Source: Thermodesulfobacteriota bacterium (GTDB taxonomy: Bacteria > Desulfobacterota > BSN033 > UBA1163). Taken from it: a stretch of DNA of 64,000 nucleotides. Location: the NCBI GenBank assembly GCA_047519465.1, contig JAPVTA010000262.1, forward strand, positions 11,220-75,219. Direction: 5' to 3'. Both the position numbers and the translations under genes were made by a program. The notes beneath the pieces were generated by a model. The model made no database searches and had not been told where the DNA came from. It was given only the letters and a program-made list of their open reading frames with translations. This document shows, piece after piece, positions 38,171-47,222 of the stretch (positions are counted from its first letter, which is position 1; each line of letters starts with the position of its first letter).

Positions 38171-38347
38171 TTGACTTGTTCAACATTCTGTGCTACTTGT
38201 CTAATGAAAAATAACTCACCCTAAGTTCGGTAAACCCAACAACATAAACTTTAACCTTCTGGGGGAAGTCATGAGAAGGAGTTTCCAGAAAGTGCCGATA
38301 TAATGGCCCCAAGAGATTTTTGCATCTCTTCGGGGCCTTATTATTTT
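38171..38347 (+). promoter_or_regulatory. conserved leader element C with 10-codon uORF and intrinsic-terminator-like hairpin
   Basis: uORF 38271-38303 (MRRSFQKVPI*); hairpin GGCCCCAAGAGAT-TTTTGC-ATCTCTTCGGGGCC 38305-38337 followed by TTATTATTTT; leader blocks shared with element A. Confidence 0.5.
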
Positions 38348-38481
38348 AGCTCTCAATAAAACTCAACGAGTAATCGATTGGTAGATGAGAACGAAGATAG
38401 AAGTCCGGAGATGAGCCAGCAGGGGTGCGGTCCTATCAATAAAAGATACCCAGCCAAGAACGTTAGATAAGGAGGTGCAAA

Positions 38482-38823
38482 ATGCCAACTCTTTTTGCCA
38501 TATACAATCTGAAAAAAGGGAAAACACCGCAAGAATACGAGAACTTTCTGACCAAAACCAAAATTCCAGCGATGCGGGGAGAATCTTGGATTATTAAAGA
38601 TTTTAAAACCTGGAAGATAGACAAGGTTCTCGCACCTGCGGTTTCCGAGCCTGAGGGAAAGTTGCCCGGGGACCCTCCTTACCAGTATGTAGCTAAAATT
38701 GAGGTCTCGGACTTGAATGCCATGATGAATTTTCTTGGAACAGAGGGAGGCAAAAAACTTATAAAGTCTTGGAGCGAATATATGGATCCCGCAACAATCT
38801 TTACCCTGGGGCGTGAAATGTGA
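38482..38823 (+). CDS. hypothetical small protein
   Basis: 113 aa ORF with RBS (AAGGAGG) preceded by conserved leader element C. Confidence 0.4.
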   Translation: MPTLFAIYNLKKGKTPQEYENFLTKTKIPAMRGESWIIKDFKTWKIDKVLAPAVSEPEGKLPGDPPYQYVAKIEVSDLNAMMNFLGTEGGKKLIKSWSEYMDPATIFTLGREM

Positions 38824-39109
38824 CGACCTATGTACGAGTTTATGCTGAAGAAGGGCCGCACCGATTGTAAGTATTGTTGCTCAGGCAATTTGCCTTGAAG
38901 GTAAATTGTTCTGCTATGAACATTCTGTTTCCGACACCCCGAAAAAGCACGGATTTGGTCCCATATATTCACACGGGATACTTGATTTCTACCAGTAAAC
39001 TTCGGATCAAGATGTCATCGTTGAGCAACGACTCGTAGGTGTTATTTGCAGCGCAGCAGCAATCTTGGAACCGGCGTTGAAATGAAGTAGCGATTAATAT
39101 GAGGACTTT

Positions 39110-39700
39110 TCAAGGGTCGTCGCAGGTGATCAGAGTGATCACATGTCCATTCCCTTCGGCGTGTCTGACAGGGTAAGTCTTTTCTTGATACTTCATCATC
39201 CCATCTTCCTCTCCCACGCTAACTACCTCTACTTCCCGGATAGCTTGAAATAGATCAAGACCCAATGCCTTGGCTGCTGCCTCCTTGGTGGTCCAGGCGC
39301 GAGTGCCGGCCCTCTGAGGGCCCAAACCGGATAGTAAGATAAGGTCTCTTTCCCTAGGTGACATAAAGAGATGCTTCGTCCTTATTACTTTCTCTGAAAC
39401 CATCTCAAGGTCAACGCCAATCCGATGCCTGTACGCAACTGCTGCTATTAGCTGTCCACAATGGGAGACCGAGCAATAGATTCCGCTCTCGTTGAGGCAA
39501 GGCTTTACGTCATCAGGGCTAAGGGTTTCAATCGTCCGGTCAGGCCTGTCCTTTTCTACAAGGTTAAGTTGGCGGGCCAGTCTCTTCAGAGCGACTCTCG
39601 CCGCGGCAAATCCTTTCCGCCTTCGTGGACCCATTCTCATCGCCCTTGCGGCTTCGCGCGGCGTAAAGAGATTCTCCTCGATAAGGGAGATGGTTTCCAT
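39110..39700 (-). CDS. 4'-phosphopantetheinyl transferase (Sfp/EntD-type)
   Basis: Motifs SVSHCG…GVDLE and WTTKEAAAKALG; start assigned to internal Met (METISL) because the ORF N-terminal extension runs through a GC hairpin. Confidence 0.7.
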   Translation of the reverse strand: METISLIEENLFTPREAARAMRMGPRRRKGFAAARVALKRLARQLNLVEKDRPDRTIETLSPDDVKPCLNESGIYCSVSHCGQLIAAVAYRHRIGVDLEMVSEKVIRTKHLFMSPRERDLILLSGLGPQRAGTRAWTTKEAAAKALGLDLFQAIREVEVVSVGEEDGMMKYQEKTYPVRHAEGNGHVITLITCDDP

Positions 39701-39835
39701 ATCGAGGAGGACCATCCCAAGACAGGCCGCCCGCAGCCGCTCGATCCCAGGCCATATGGGGGAATCGTTCGTAAGAGAAGAAGCAGAAATAAAGTCTGGA
39801 CTTATTTCGTTCAAGGCCGAACTCAGCCTCCAGCA

Positions 39836-39882
39836 CCCCTCACCCTCCCCTCTCCCCACTGGGGAGAGGGGAGGGTGAGGGG
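39836..39882. other. perfect 22-bp-stem GC-rich hairpin (CCCCTCACCCTCCCCTCTCCCC-ACT-GGGGAGAGGGGAGGGTGAGGGG)
   Basis: Exact reverse-complement arms with 3-nt loop, in divergent intergenic region between PPTase (-) and thioesterase (+). Confidence 0.8.
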
Positions 39883-40312
39883 GAGCCGAGCCAAATGTCA
39901 AAATTGTTTCTGTGTTTCATCAGTAATGATAGCGATCGAGAGAGGGCCGTGTCAAGATCAGTCAAAGAGAACAGATCAGCGGAGGTAAATCCCGATTTAG
40001 AAAAGAAAGCCCTTTCATCAACGCGTCATTGCGAACACCTGAAAGGGGTGTGGCAGTCTTCGGGAAAAAGCGAGACTGCTTCGTTTCATTCGCAGAGACC
40101 GTTCCCTAAGTCGGGATGAGGGGGCTGCTGTCGCAATTGAAAAAGTATTTATGTTATGATATTTTTAGTTGCCGTTTTGGATGCGTACGTTTTAATACAG
40201 TGGCATTAAATAGAGGTCATTGTGAAGAGTTAAGTGAAGACAGTGGGATCGCTTACAATGATGATGTGAGGGGAATTAATGCGTTCGTTTTAGTTCCCAT
40301 TGAAAATTACTT

Positions 40313-40750
40313 GTGAGAAGAATGCCTCAATCTGTTTCGGCCAGTATCACGATGAAGGTGCCTTATCACGACGTGGACCTGATGCGGGTCGTCTGGCATG
40401 GGAACTACTTAAAATACTTCGAGGTGGCCCGGCAGGCACTTTTTAGAGAATACGGAGTGGACTTACAGCGCTACATGGAGGAGAAAAGGTACGTATTTCC
40501 GATAGTCCGCTCCACGATCAAGCATATCTGGCCTTTGAGATTCGATGAAGAGTTCACGTGCACGGCAATGCTCAAGGAAGCTCGCGTTAGGATCGTCTTA
40601 AATTTCGACATAAAGTTAACCTCTAACGGAAGACTCTGCGCCAAAGGCTGGACCGAGCAGGCAGCGGTTCTATTACCGGAGATGGAAATAGTCTTTCAGA
40701 TCCCCGAGGAAATCCAGAAGGCTTTCTACGAGGATGAACAACTGAAATGA
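40313..40750 (+). CDS. acyl-CoA/acyl-ACP thioesterase (4HBT/YbgC-like hot-dog)
   Basis: 145 aa; YHDVDLMRVVWHGNYLKYFE matches 4HBT active-site region. Confidence 0.75.
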   Translation: MRRMPQSVSASITMKVPYHDVDLMRVVWHGNYLKYFEVARQALFREYGVDLQRYMEEKRYVFPIVRSTIKHIWPLRFDEEFTCTAMLKEARVRIVLNFDIKLTSNGRLCAKGWTEQAAVLLPEMEIVFQIPEEIQKAFYEDEQLK

Positions 40751-40781
40751 GAACAGAGCGCACGCGGGAAATTTCATAAAA

Positions 40782-42017
40782 ATGGGAAATAAGAGAAGAG
40801 TTGTCGTTGTCGGCATGGGGATACGGTCTCCGATCGGCAATACTCCAAACGAATTAGTAAAATCGCTCAAGGAACGCCGAAGTGGCATCTCCATCATGTC
40901 CGAGTGGGAAGGCGTAAAGAATCTACGCACCCGTGTGGCCGGGTTGTGTGATATTGAAGGCGAGGAAGAATCAATCCAGCGGCAGTACCGGCGCAGCATG
41001 GGCAGGGTGGCCATGCTGGCAGCCCTCTCTGCCATCGACGCAGTGAAGGCATCCGGCCTGAGCGAAGAGGAGGTCGCTTCACCGGCCTGCGGCGTCTCTT
41101 ACGGATCGACCGAAGGGAGCGTCAGAAGTCAGATGGAATATATCGGTAACATGATTCAGAACCGCTCCCTCGAAGGCATACCTCCATCTTGGTACTTGAA
41201 ATGCATGAGTCACACGTGTGCAGGCAATCTTTCCATTCTATTCCATACGAGAGGGCCTTTCATAGCATCCTGCCCGGCCTGTGTTTCGGGTTCCCAGGGG
41301 ATCGGCTTCGGTTATGAGGCGATCAAGGCCGGAAAGGCGGACATCATGATCACAGGTGGGGCAGACGAGGTCGACATTCTCTCTGCCGCCGTGTTCGACC
41401 TGATGCTGGCCACATCATCCAATTACAATGACCGGCCGTCAGAAACTCCTCGGCCTTTTGATGAAAAGAGGGATGGCCTAGTCGTAGCCGAAGGGGGAGC
41501 AACGTTGATCCTTGAGGAGTACGAGCGGGCGAAGAAACGAGGGGCCCCCATTCTTGGTGAGATTGAAGGCTTCTGGACAAATGGAAGCGGCGTACACCTT
41601 ACAAACTCGGATGCCCGGTCTATGGAAGAGTGCTTGCTCGCTGCGTTAAAAGACGCCGGGCGCAGCCCGGATGAAATCCAGTATGTGAACGCGCATGCAA
41701 CCGGTACAATCCACGGAGACGAAGTCGAGGCAACGGTGATCAATAAGATCTACGGGCCGGGTGTCCCGACCGCCTCCCTCAAAGGCTACATGGGCCACAC
41801 CATGGGAGCCTGTGGAGCGATTGAAGCCATTGCCACTCTTCTCATGATGCGGGAAGGCTTCATCTCTTCTACCTTAAATCTTGAGAACCCAGACCCAGCC
41901 CTGCCGCCGTTAAACCATGTGATTGGCGAATCGCGCGACCAACGGTCTCGTCTTGCCGCCAGCAACAATTTCGCCTTTGGCGGAGTCAATACTTCCTTAG
42001 TTTTGAGATTGATCTAA
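40782..42017 (+). CDS. beta-ketoacyl-ACP synthase I/II (FabF/FabB-like)
   Basis: 411 aa; PACVSG, NAHATGT, GHTMGACG catalytic motifs. Confidence 0.9.
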   Translation: MGNKRRVVVVGMGIRSPIGNTPNELVKSLKERRSGISIMSEWEGVKNLRTRVAGLCDIEGEEESIQRQYRRSMGRVAMLAALSAIDAVKASGLSEEEVASPACGVSYGSTEGSVRSQMEYIGNMIQNRSLEGIPPSWYLKCMSHTCAGNLSILFHTRGPFIASCPACVSGSQGIGFGYEAIKAGKADIMITGGADEVDILSAAVFDLMLATSSNYNDRPSETPRPFDEKRDGLVVAEGGATLILEEYERAKKRGAPILGEIEGFWTNGSGVHLTNSDARSMEECLLAALKDAGRSPDEIQYVNAHATGTIHGDEVEATVINKIYGPGVPTASLKGYMGHTMGACGAIEAIATLLMMREGFISSTLNLENPDPALPPLNHVIGESRDQRSRLAASNNFAFGGVNTSLVLRLI

Positions 42018-42091
42018 GAGTAGGCTTTCTCCGTCATTCTTTGAACGAAGGCGTCTCTTCCTAACCCGGCATAGCCAGAACCAAACACGGG

Positions 42092-42230
42092 TTGAAATCC
42101 CAATTTCCAAATCCCAAATTCCAAATAATTTCCAATCACCAAATGACCAAATTCCGATTCAAATCCGTTTGGGTCATTCGAAATTTGAATTTGGATATTG
42201 CTTGGGATTTGGTGCTTCGACTGAAGTCTT
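42092..42230. repeat. low-complexity CCAAAT/ATTTGG-rich palindromic region between convergent genes (probable bidirectional terminator region)
   Basis: Multiple TCCCAAATTCCAAAT repeats mirrored by ATTTGAATTTGGAT…TTGGGATTTGG; internal hairpin TGACCAAA…TTTGGGTCA. Confidence 0.5.
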
Positions 42231-42956
42231 TTAATTCCTTCGCCTCGTGGGGACCAGCACCCTCATTGCGATCAGCCTGGCAAAAGTCTTAGTGTTACGC
42301 CAGAAATCGAGCCATGGCCGGAAATGGGAGACCCTCTCCTCACGAGGCCCATAGATGGCATGGACAGGCGCCTCGATAATGGGAATCCCATGCCAAACCG
42401 CAAGAACCAGAACCTCCACCTCAAACTGGTATCTCCTTGCCCTGGTCCCAAGGCGGAGGGTTTCAGGAAGAGGATAAACGCGAAATCCGGACTGCGCATC
42501 GGAAAGCCATCTTCCGCATGAGGTCCAGACCCAGAAGTTGGCAAATCTTCGGCCCCAGCGGCTGGTCCAAGGTACATTCCCTTTTCCCATCCCCACCCGT
42601 TTCCCTATCACCAGGGGGCGCTGCCCTTCTGGGACCGTGCAGATCAGGGAGATCAAGGAAGGAATATCTTCCGCATCGTGCTGTCCGTCGGCATCAATCG
42701 TGATCGCCCAATCCGCGAACTGGAGAGCTGCGGCAAACCCTGTAAGCAAAGAAGCTCCCTTTCCCTGATTCCTCTCATGGCGTATCACTGTGACACCAGA
42801 AAGGGAAGCGAGGACATCGGAAGTGGAGTCTGTCGATCCATCATCCACCACAATCACAGGCAGCCTGAGTTGGAGACACTTTTCAACGACCCCACGCACC
42901 CGTGTCCCATGGTTATAAGCAGGAATGACAATGGCACACCGAAAAGGTATATCCAT
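42231..42956 (-). CDS. family 2 glycosyltransferase (polyprenyl-phosphate / DPM1-ArnC-like, soluble short form)
   Basis: 241 aa; IVIPAYNH…VVDDGSTD and DADGQHD (DxD) motifs. Confidence 0.8.
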   Translation of the reverse strand: MDIPFRCAIVIPAYNHGTRVRGVVEKCLQLRLPVIVVDDGSTDSTSDVLASLSGVTVIRHERNQGKGASLLTGFAAALQFADWAITIDADGQHDAEDIPSLISLICTVPEGQRPLVIGKRVGMGKGNVPWTSRWGRRFANFWVWTSCGRWLSDAQSGFRVYPLPETLRLGTRARRYQFEVEVLVLAVWHGIPIIEAPVHAIYGPREERVSHFRPWLDFWRNTKTFARLIAMRVLVPTRRRN

Positions 42957-42977
42957 GAGATGATACAGCCAAACCTA

Positions 42978-43586
42978 TCAAAACGAGATCCCGAGAAGAA
43001 CGGTGTGTGTATTCAATCCTCTGTCACTTGTATCAAACGGTTCGGAGATATGGTACAAACGGTATTCTATTCTCAATGCGGTTCCCCGACCGATGTTAAA
43101 GAGCATGCCTGCACCTGCATTAACAAATCCTGCAAAATGCTGATCTCCTAGAAGAGGTGCCTCTGAACGGCCACGGTGAAGTCTTTCGCCAGCGCTATCA
43201 TAACCGAGCCCTCCCCCAATAAGGAGAAACAACGAACCCCACCTTTCTTGGATAGGCTTGAAAACAGTATTCTGACTGACCCCCAGAAAATAGACATCAT
43301 GCATCTTGGGGATGTCATAGTAAAAAAAGTTTCCTTCGAATTCTAAGTCCCAATACTTCCAATTTTTACGGAGAGGGAAACTAATACGGGGTAGAAATCC
43401 ATATTCCCTCATGTGGGTTTTAGTGTAGAATGCGTCACCCGTCCCCCCTAAAATGGAAAAACTCCACCTTATTTTTTTCTCCTCCTCCCCATATGAATAG
43501 GAGACTGTTGATCCAATGATCACAAGGAGGATTAAAGTGGAGACCAAATAACTCTTATACGAAACCCCAATGCAACTCTTTTTCAC
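42978..43586 (-). CDS. PagL-like outer-membrane acyloxyacyl hydrolase (lipid A deacylase family), tentative
   Basis: 202 aa; signal/TM N-terminus, beta-barrel-like alternating pattern, C-terminal YHISE…NTH…GISF resembling the PagL H-x-S catalytic region. Confidence 0.45.
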   Translation of the reverse strand: MKKSCIGVSYKSYLVSTLILLVIIGSTVSYSYGEEEKKIRWSFSILGGTGDAFYTKTHMREYGFLPRISFPLRKNWKYWDLEFEGNFFYYDIPKMHDVYFLGVSQNTVFKPIQERWGSLFLLIGGGLGYDSAGERLHRGRSEAPLLGDQHFAGFVNAGAGMLFNIGRGTALRIEYRLYHISEPFDTSDRGLNTHTVLLGISF

Positions 43587-43796
43587 TTACCCTCCCTTAA
43601 ATGAACGTGCCCATCATACAATAAATCGGGACTGACAGGCAATTGTATTTCCTGATTTTCCCCGCCCGTAGGGCGGGAGGCTTCAACCAGAATATATGAG
43701 CCGTCCCCGCAACATTCCCAATCAGGTTAGTGACACAATGTTCCTTCCTGTAATCGTGTTTTTCAATTTTTCCCATTCCATACAACATTTCAACTG

Positions 43797-43912
43797 CAAA
43801 TCAGCAATAGGAGTGAAATTTCAGAGAAAATTTTTACACAGAGAAAATTTTTGCCTTGACAGTCAACAAATTTAAGGGTATTTCCTAAGCATTGGTTTCC
43901 ACTTGTCTCTAA
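43797..43912 (+). promoter_or_regulatory. conserved promoter element B upstream of STAND-SARP regulator
   Basis: -35 TTGACA 43856-43861 in palindrome TTGACAGTCAA, 17-nt spacer, -10 TATTTC 43879-43884; tandem 15-nt duplication CAGAGAAAATTTTT x2 at 43821-43855. Confidence 0.55.
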
Positions 43913-43994
43913 TCTTATTGGAATCTGATGCTTCTCTTGAGTTCTTTTAATTGTGTTCTGAAATCATCCCAATAGGAACGGAAGCGGGTGAATC

Positions 43995-46900
43995 ATGGGC
44001 AAGCTAATCCGCCCTATCCTCACAGATGTCTTCTTAAGGAAGCGGCTGTTTCTTATGCTGAATCAGATGCGAAAACAGCCAGCTATATGGGTCTCCGGGC
44101 CCGCCGGTTGTGGGAAGACCACCCTGGTAAACAGCTACTTGGAGGTTCGAAGAATTCCTTGCCTGTGGTACGAGGTAGACGAGGGCGACTCCGATCTGGC
44201 AACTTTTTTCTATTACCTGGGTCAAGCTGTAAAAAAGGCTGAGCCCAGAAAAAGGATGGTCTTCCCCCTTCTTACATCCGAATATCTGCAAGATATCCCA
44301 ACTTTTACGAAGCGCTATTTTGAAAAGCTCTATGAAACGCTGCGAATCCCCAGTGTAGTTGTATTCGATAATTACCAAGAGGTATCTGCGGAATCACCAT
44401 TTCATGAGGCAATCCTGAAGGGCCTCTCCAATCTTCCACCGGGGATAAATGCCATAGTAATCAGCCGCAGCAGCCCCCCATCTCCCTTCGCCAGGCTCCG
44501 AGCTAATCATCTTATGGAAATTCTTGCCTGGAAAGAACTGCGCTTGACTGTAGAAGAGTCAGCTGGGATCGTCAAGCTGCGGAGTAAGCAGAAACTCTCC
44601 AAAGAGACAATGGCACAACTGCATAAGGCTGCGGACGGCTGGGCAGCGGGACTGGTGCTGATGTTGGAAAGATCTCAGATTGAAGATATTGAACCTCAAA
44701 AAGCTGGAGCAGTCAGGCCCGAAGAGGTCTTTGACTATTTTGCCAGTGAAATCTTCGATACAGCGGACAAGGAGGTTCAGGAATTTCTTCTGAAGACATC
44801 CATTTTGCCCAGGATGACCTCAAGGATGGCAGAAGAGCTGACCGGCCTCTCTTCGGCGAGTCGCCTCCTATCCATGCTAAGCCGCAATAACTACTTCACC
44901 GAGAAACGTATCCATTCCGAGCCTATCTACCAGTATCATCCGTTGTTCAGGGATTTTCTCCTTTCACGGGCCAAAGAAACATTTCCTCGAGAGAGTCTTT
45001 TGGCTTTGTTCCGTCGTGCGGCCTCCCTTCTTGACGACGATGGTCAGATCGAAGCTGCAGTTTCACTCCTTCACGAGGCTAGCGACTGGGAGGGAATGGT
45101 TCGTTTAATAATGAAGCATGCCCCATCGATGGTGGAGCAGGGACGAAGTCGCCCGCTCGAAGAGTGGCTGAATTGTCTTCCAAAAGAGATTATGGAGAAC
45201 AATCCCTGGCTTCTATTCTGGATGGGCATATGCAACCTGTCATTCTCTCCTCCCCAAAGTCAACCCTATTTTGAGGAAGCTTATCAGAGATTTGAAAGCC
45301 AAGGGGATACCGTCGGAATCATTCACGCCTGCTGGGGAATGGTTCAGTCGATCTATATTATGGAGGCCGATTATACACCTCTGGACCGTTGGATTTCTGT
45401 GCTTGAAGAACTTGGGCGTACAATCAAGGAGTTTCCTTCTGAAGAAATCGAACTTCGGTTTGCGTCTGCTATGTTTTCTGCACTGGTATGTAGACGACCC
45501 CAGCATCCTGAGATTGAGATATGGGCGAACCGCGCCGTTTCCCTTGCCGAACACTCTTCAGACCTAACCCTCAAATTTCAAACTATATCTACAGAGGCAA
45601 CCTATCGGATCAGCATCGGAGACTTCACGAAATCCCTGCTGGCCATGAACTCTCTGAAGAAAATGGCTCAATCCAGAGAGTCTTCCCCTTTAAATCAAAT
45701 TCTATTAGCCGTCTTGGAGGCTTACTATAATAACCTTTCGGGATTGCCTGAAAAATGCCTAAAGGCTGTATCCGATGTCTTGGAGTTATCCCGAACGACC
45801 GGCATCCACACGTTTGATAATGCTGTTCTATATCAAGGCGTATCGAGTGCGCTGATGATTAGCGATTACAAAACGGCTTCCAACTATCTGGAACAGATGG
45901 GTTCGTCTTTAAGCCATGCCAGGCCGTGGGATGTCGCCATTTACCACAGCATAAAAACCGATGAAGCTATGTTTCGGGAAGACATCGAACAAGCCGCGTA
46001 TCATATCGACCTTGGGACGAAAATGAGGCTTGAAATAGGATTTGCTCTCGTTACGGGCCGGTGTCATATGCAGAATGCCTACGTGATGCATGCCCTGGGA
46101 AGGCATCGAGAAGCGTCAGAGTATCTAGCCCATGCAGTTGATTTCAGCCGCAGCGTAAAGGGGCCAAACAACGAATATGCTGCAATGTTGTTTGAGTCAC
46201 TTTTTGCCTTCGATCAAGGGGAAGAAGAATCGGGGTCGGCTTTGCTCAGGAAGTCCTTTGCCCTTGGGAAGGAGAGAGGATATTTTGGCGCCTGGGGCCC
46301 CCTGCCTTCCGGGATGGCCAAGCTTTGTATCAAAGCCCTCCAGGCCGGGATCGAGGTCGAATACACGCAGGAACTCATTCGAAGGCTTCATATAGCTCCG
46401 GATCAATCTGCAATCCATTTAGAAAACTGGCCGTGGTATTTGAAAGTATTTACTCTAGGCCAGTTTGAACTGTTAAAAGATGGGAAACCAATCCAGTTTT
46501 CCAGAAAGATTCAGCAAAAACCTCTTTCGTTGCTCAAGGCATTAATTGCCTTGGGAGGACGAGAGGTGAAAGAAGAACAGATAGCGGATTTTCTTTGGCC
46601 GGAGCCAGATGGGGACGCTGCTCATAATGCTTTTCTTTCTGCCCTGCACCGGCTCCGACAGTTGGTTGGTTATGAAAAAGCTCTCCATTTAAGGGAAGGA
46701 AAACTGACCATGGACGATCGATACTTCTGGGTCGATGCCTGGGCACTGGAACGTATTTGGAAGCAGGCGGACGCCCAGAGGAAGGAAGGGCAGATCGACG
46801 TCGCCGTCCAAATGAACGAAAAAGCCGTCGAGATGTATAGGGGACATTTTCTTAGCGGAGAAATCGAGCAGCCTTGGATGGTATCCCTCCGTGAACGTTT

Positions 46901-47222
46901 GAGAAGCAAGTACTTGAGCTGTGTAAACCGTTTGGGCCAGCACTGGCTGCAAGTTGGAAATGGAGAAAAAGCCATAGAATGCTACCAGCGGGGTTTGGAT
47001 GCGGACGACCTGGCCGAAGAATTTTACCAGGGCCTCATGACTTGCTATCAACGCCTGAACCGAGAAACGGAAGCAAGGGCAGTCTACCATCGCTGCCGGA
47101 AAAACCTTTCCTCAGCCCTTGGAATCGAACCATCGGCAAAAACGGTAGCCATTTATGAATCCATAATAAAAAAGGACAATGTTCATGGTCAAATGGCAAG
47201 AGCGAATCAAAGGCTAAACTGA
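43995..47222 (+). CDS. large transcriptional regulator: N-terminal STAND/AAA ATPase, helical repeat region, C-terminal SARP module (OmpR-type wHTH + BTAD)
   Basis: 1075 aa; Walker A GPAGCGKTT near N-terminus; C-terminal VFTLGQFELLKDGKPIQF…ADFLWPE (wHTH) followed by BTAD-like region. Confidence 0.7.
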   Translation: MGKLIRPILTDVFLRKRLFLMLNQMRKQPAIWVSGPAGCGKTTLVNSYLEVRRIPCLWYEVDEGDSDLATFFYYLGQAVKKAEPRKRMVFPLLTSEYLQDIPTFTKRYFEKLYETLRIPSVVVFDNYQEVSAESPFHEAILKGLSNLPPGINAIVISRSSPPSPFARLRANHLMEILAWKELRLTVEESAGIVKLRSKQKLSKETMAQLHKAADGWAAGLVLMLERSQIEDIEPQKAGAVRPEEVFDYFASEIFDTADKEVQEFLLKTSILPRMTSRMAEELTGLSSASRLLSMLSRNNYFTEKRIHSEPIYQYHPLFRDFLLSRAKETFPRESLLALFRRAASLLDDDGQIEAAVSLLHEASDWEGMVRLIMKHAPSMVEQGRSRPLEEWLNCLPKEIMENNPWLLFWMGICNLSFSPPQSQPYFEEAYQRFESQGDTVGIIHACWGMVQSIYIMEADYTPLDRWISVLEELGRTIKEFPSEEIELRFASAMFSALVCRRPQHPEIEIWANRAVSLAEHSSDLTLKFQTISTEATYRISIGDFTKSLLAMNSLKKMAQSRESSPLNQILLAVLEAYYNNLSGLPEKCLKAVSDVLELSRTTGIHTFDNAVLYQGVSSALMISDYKTASNYLEQMGSSLSHARPWDVAIYHSIKTDEAMFREDIEQAAYHIDLGTKMRLEIGFALVTGRCHMQNAYVMHALGRHREASEYLAHAVDFSRSVKGPNNEYAAMLFESLFAFDQGEEESGSALLRKSFALGKERGYFGAWGPLPSGMAKLCIKALQAGIEVEYTQELIRRLHIAPDQSAIHLENWPWYLKVFTLGQFELLKDGKPIQFSRKIQQKPLSLLKALIALGGREVKEEQIADFLWPEPDGDAAHNAFLSALHRLRQLVGYEKALHLREGKLTMDDRYFWVDAWALERIWKQADAQRKEGQIDVAVQMNEKAVEMYRGHFLSGEIEQPWMVSLRERLRSKYLSCVNRLGQHWLQVGNGEKAIECYQRGLDADDLAEEFYQGLMTCYQRLNRETEARAVYHRCRKNLSSALGIEPSAKTVAIYESIIKKDNVHGQMARANQRLN

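Noticed and set aside
39461-39988. 175-aa and 128-aa ORFs on the + strand over the PPTase region
   Set aside because: They oppose the PPTase gene, which has the SHCG/GVDLE/WxxKEA motifs. They also run through the perfect GC hairpin, so they are not credible coding sequence.
42140-42175. tRNA-like T-loop motif GATTCAAATCC
   Set aside because: The flanking sequence cannot form acceptor, D or anticodon stems. It is part of the CCAAAT low-complexity block.
43821-43855. Tandem repeat CAGAGAAAATTTTT x2, considered as a possible CRISPR/array fragment
   Set aside because: There are only two units with a 3-nt spacer and no repeat-spacer periodicity. It is more consistent with a duplicated operator/UP-like element in promoter B.
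44034-44378. 114-aa minus-strand ORF
   Set aside because: It is antisense within the N-terminal ATPase region of the 1075-aa regulator.
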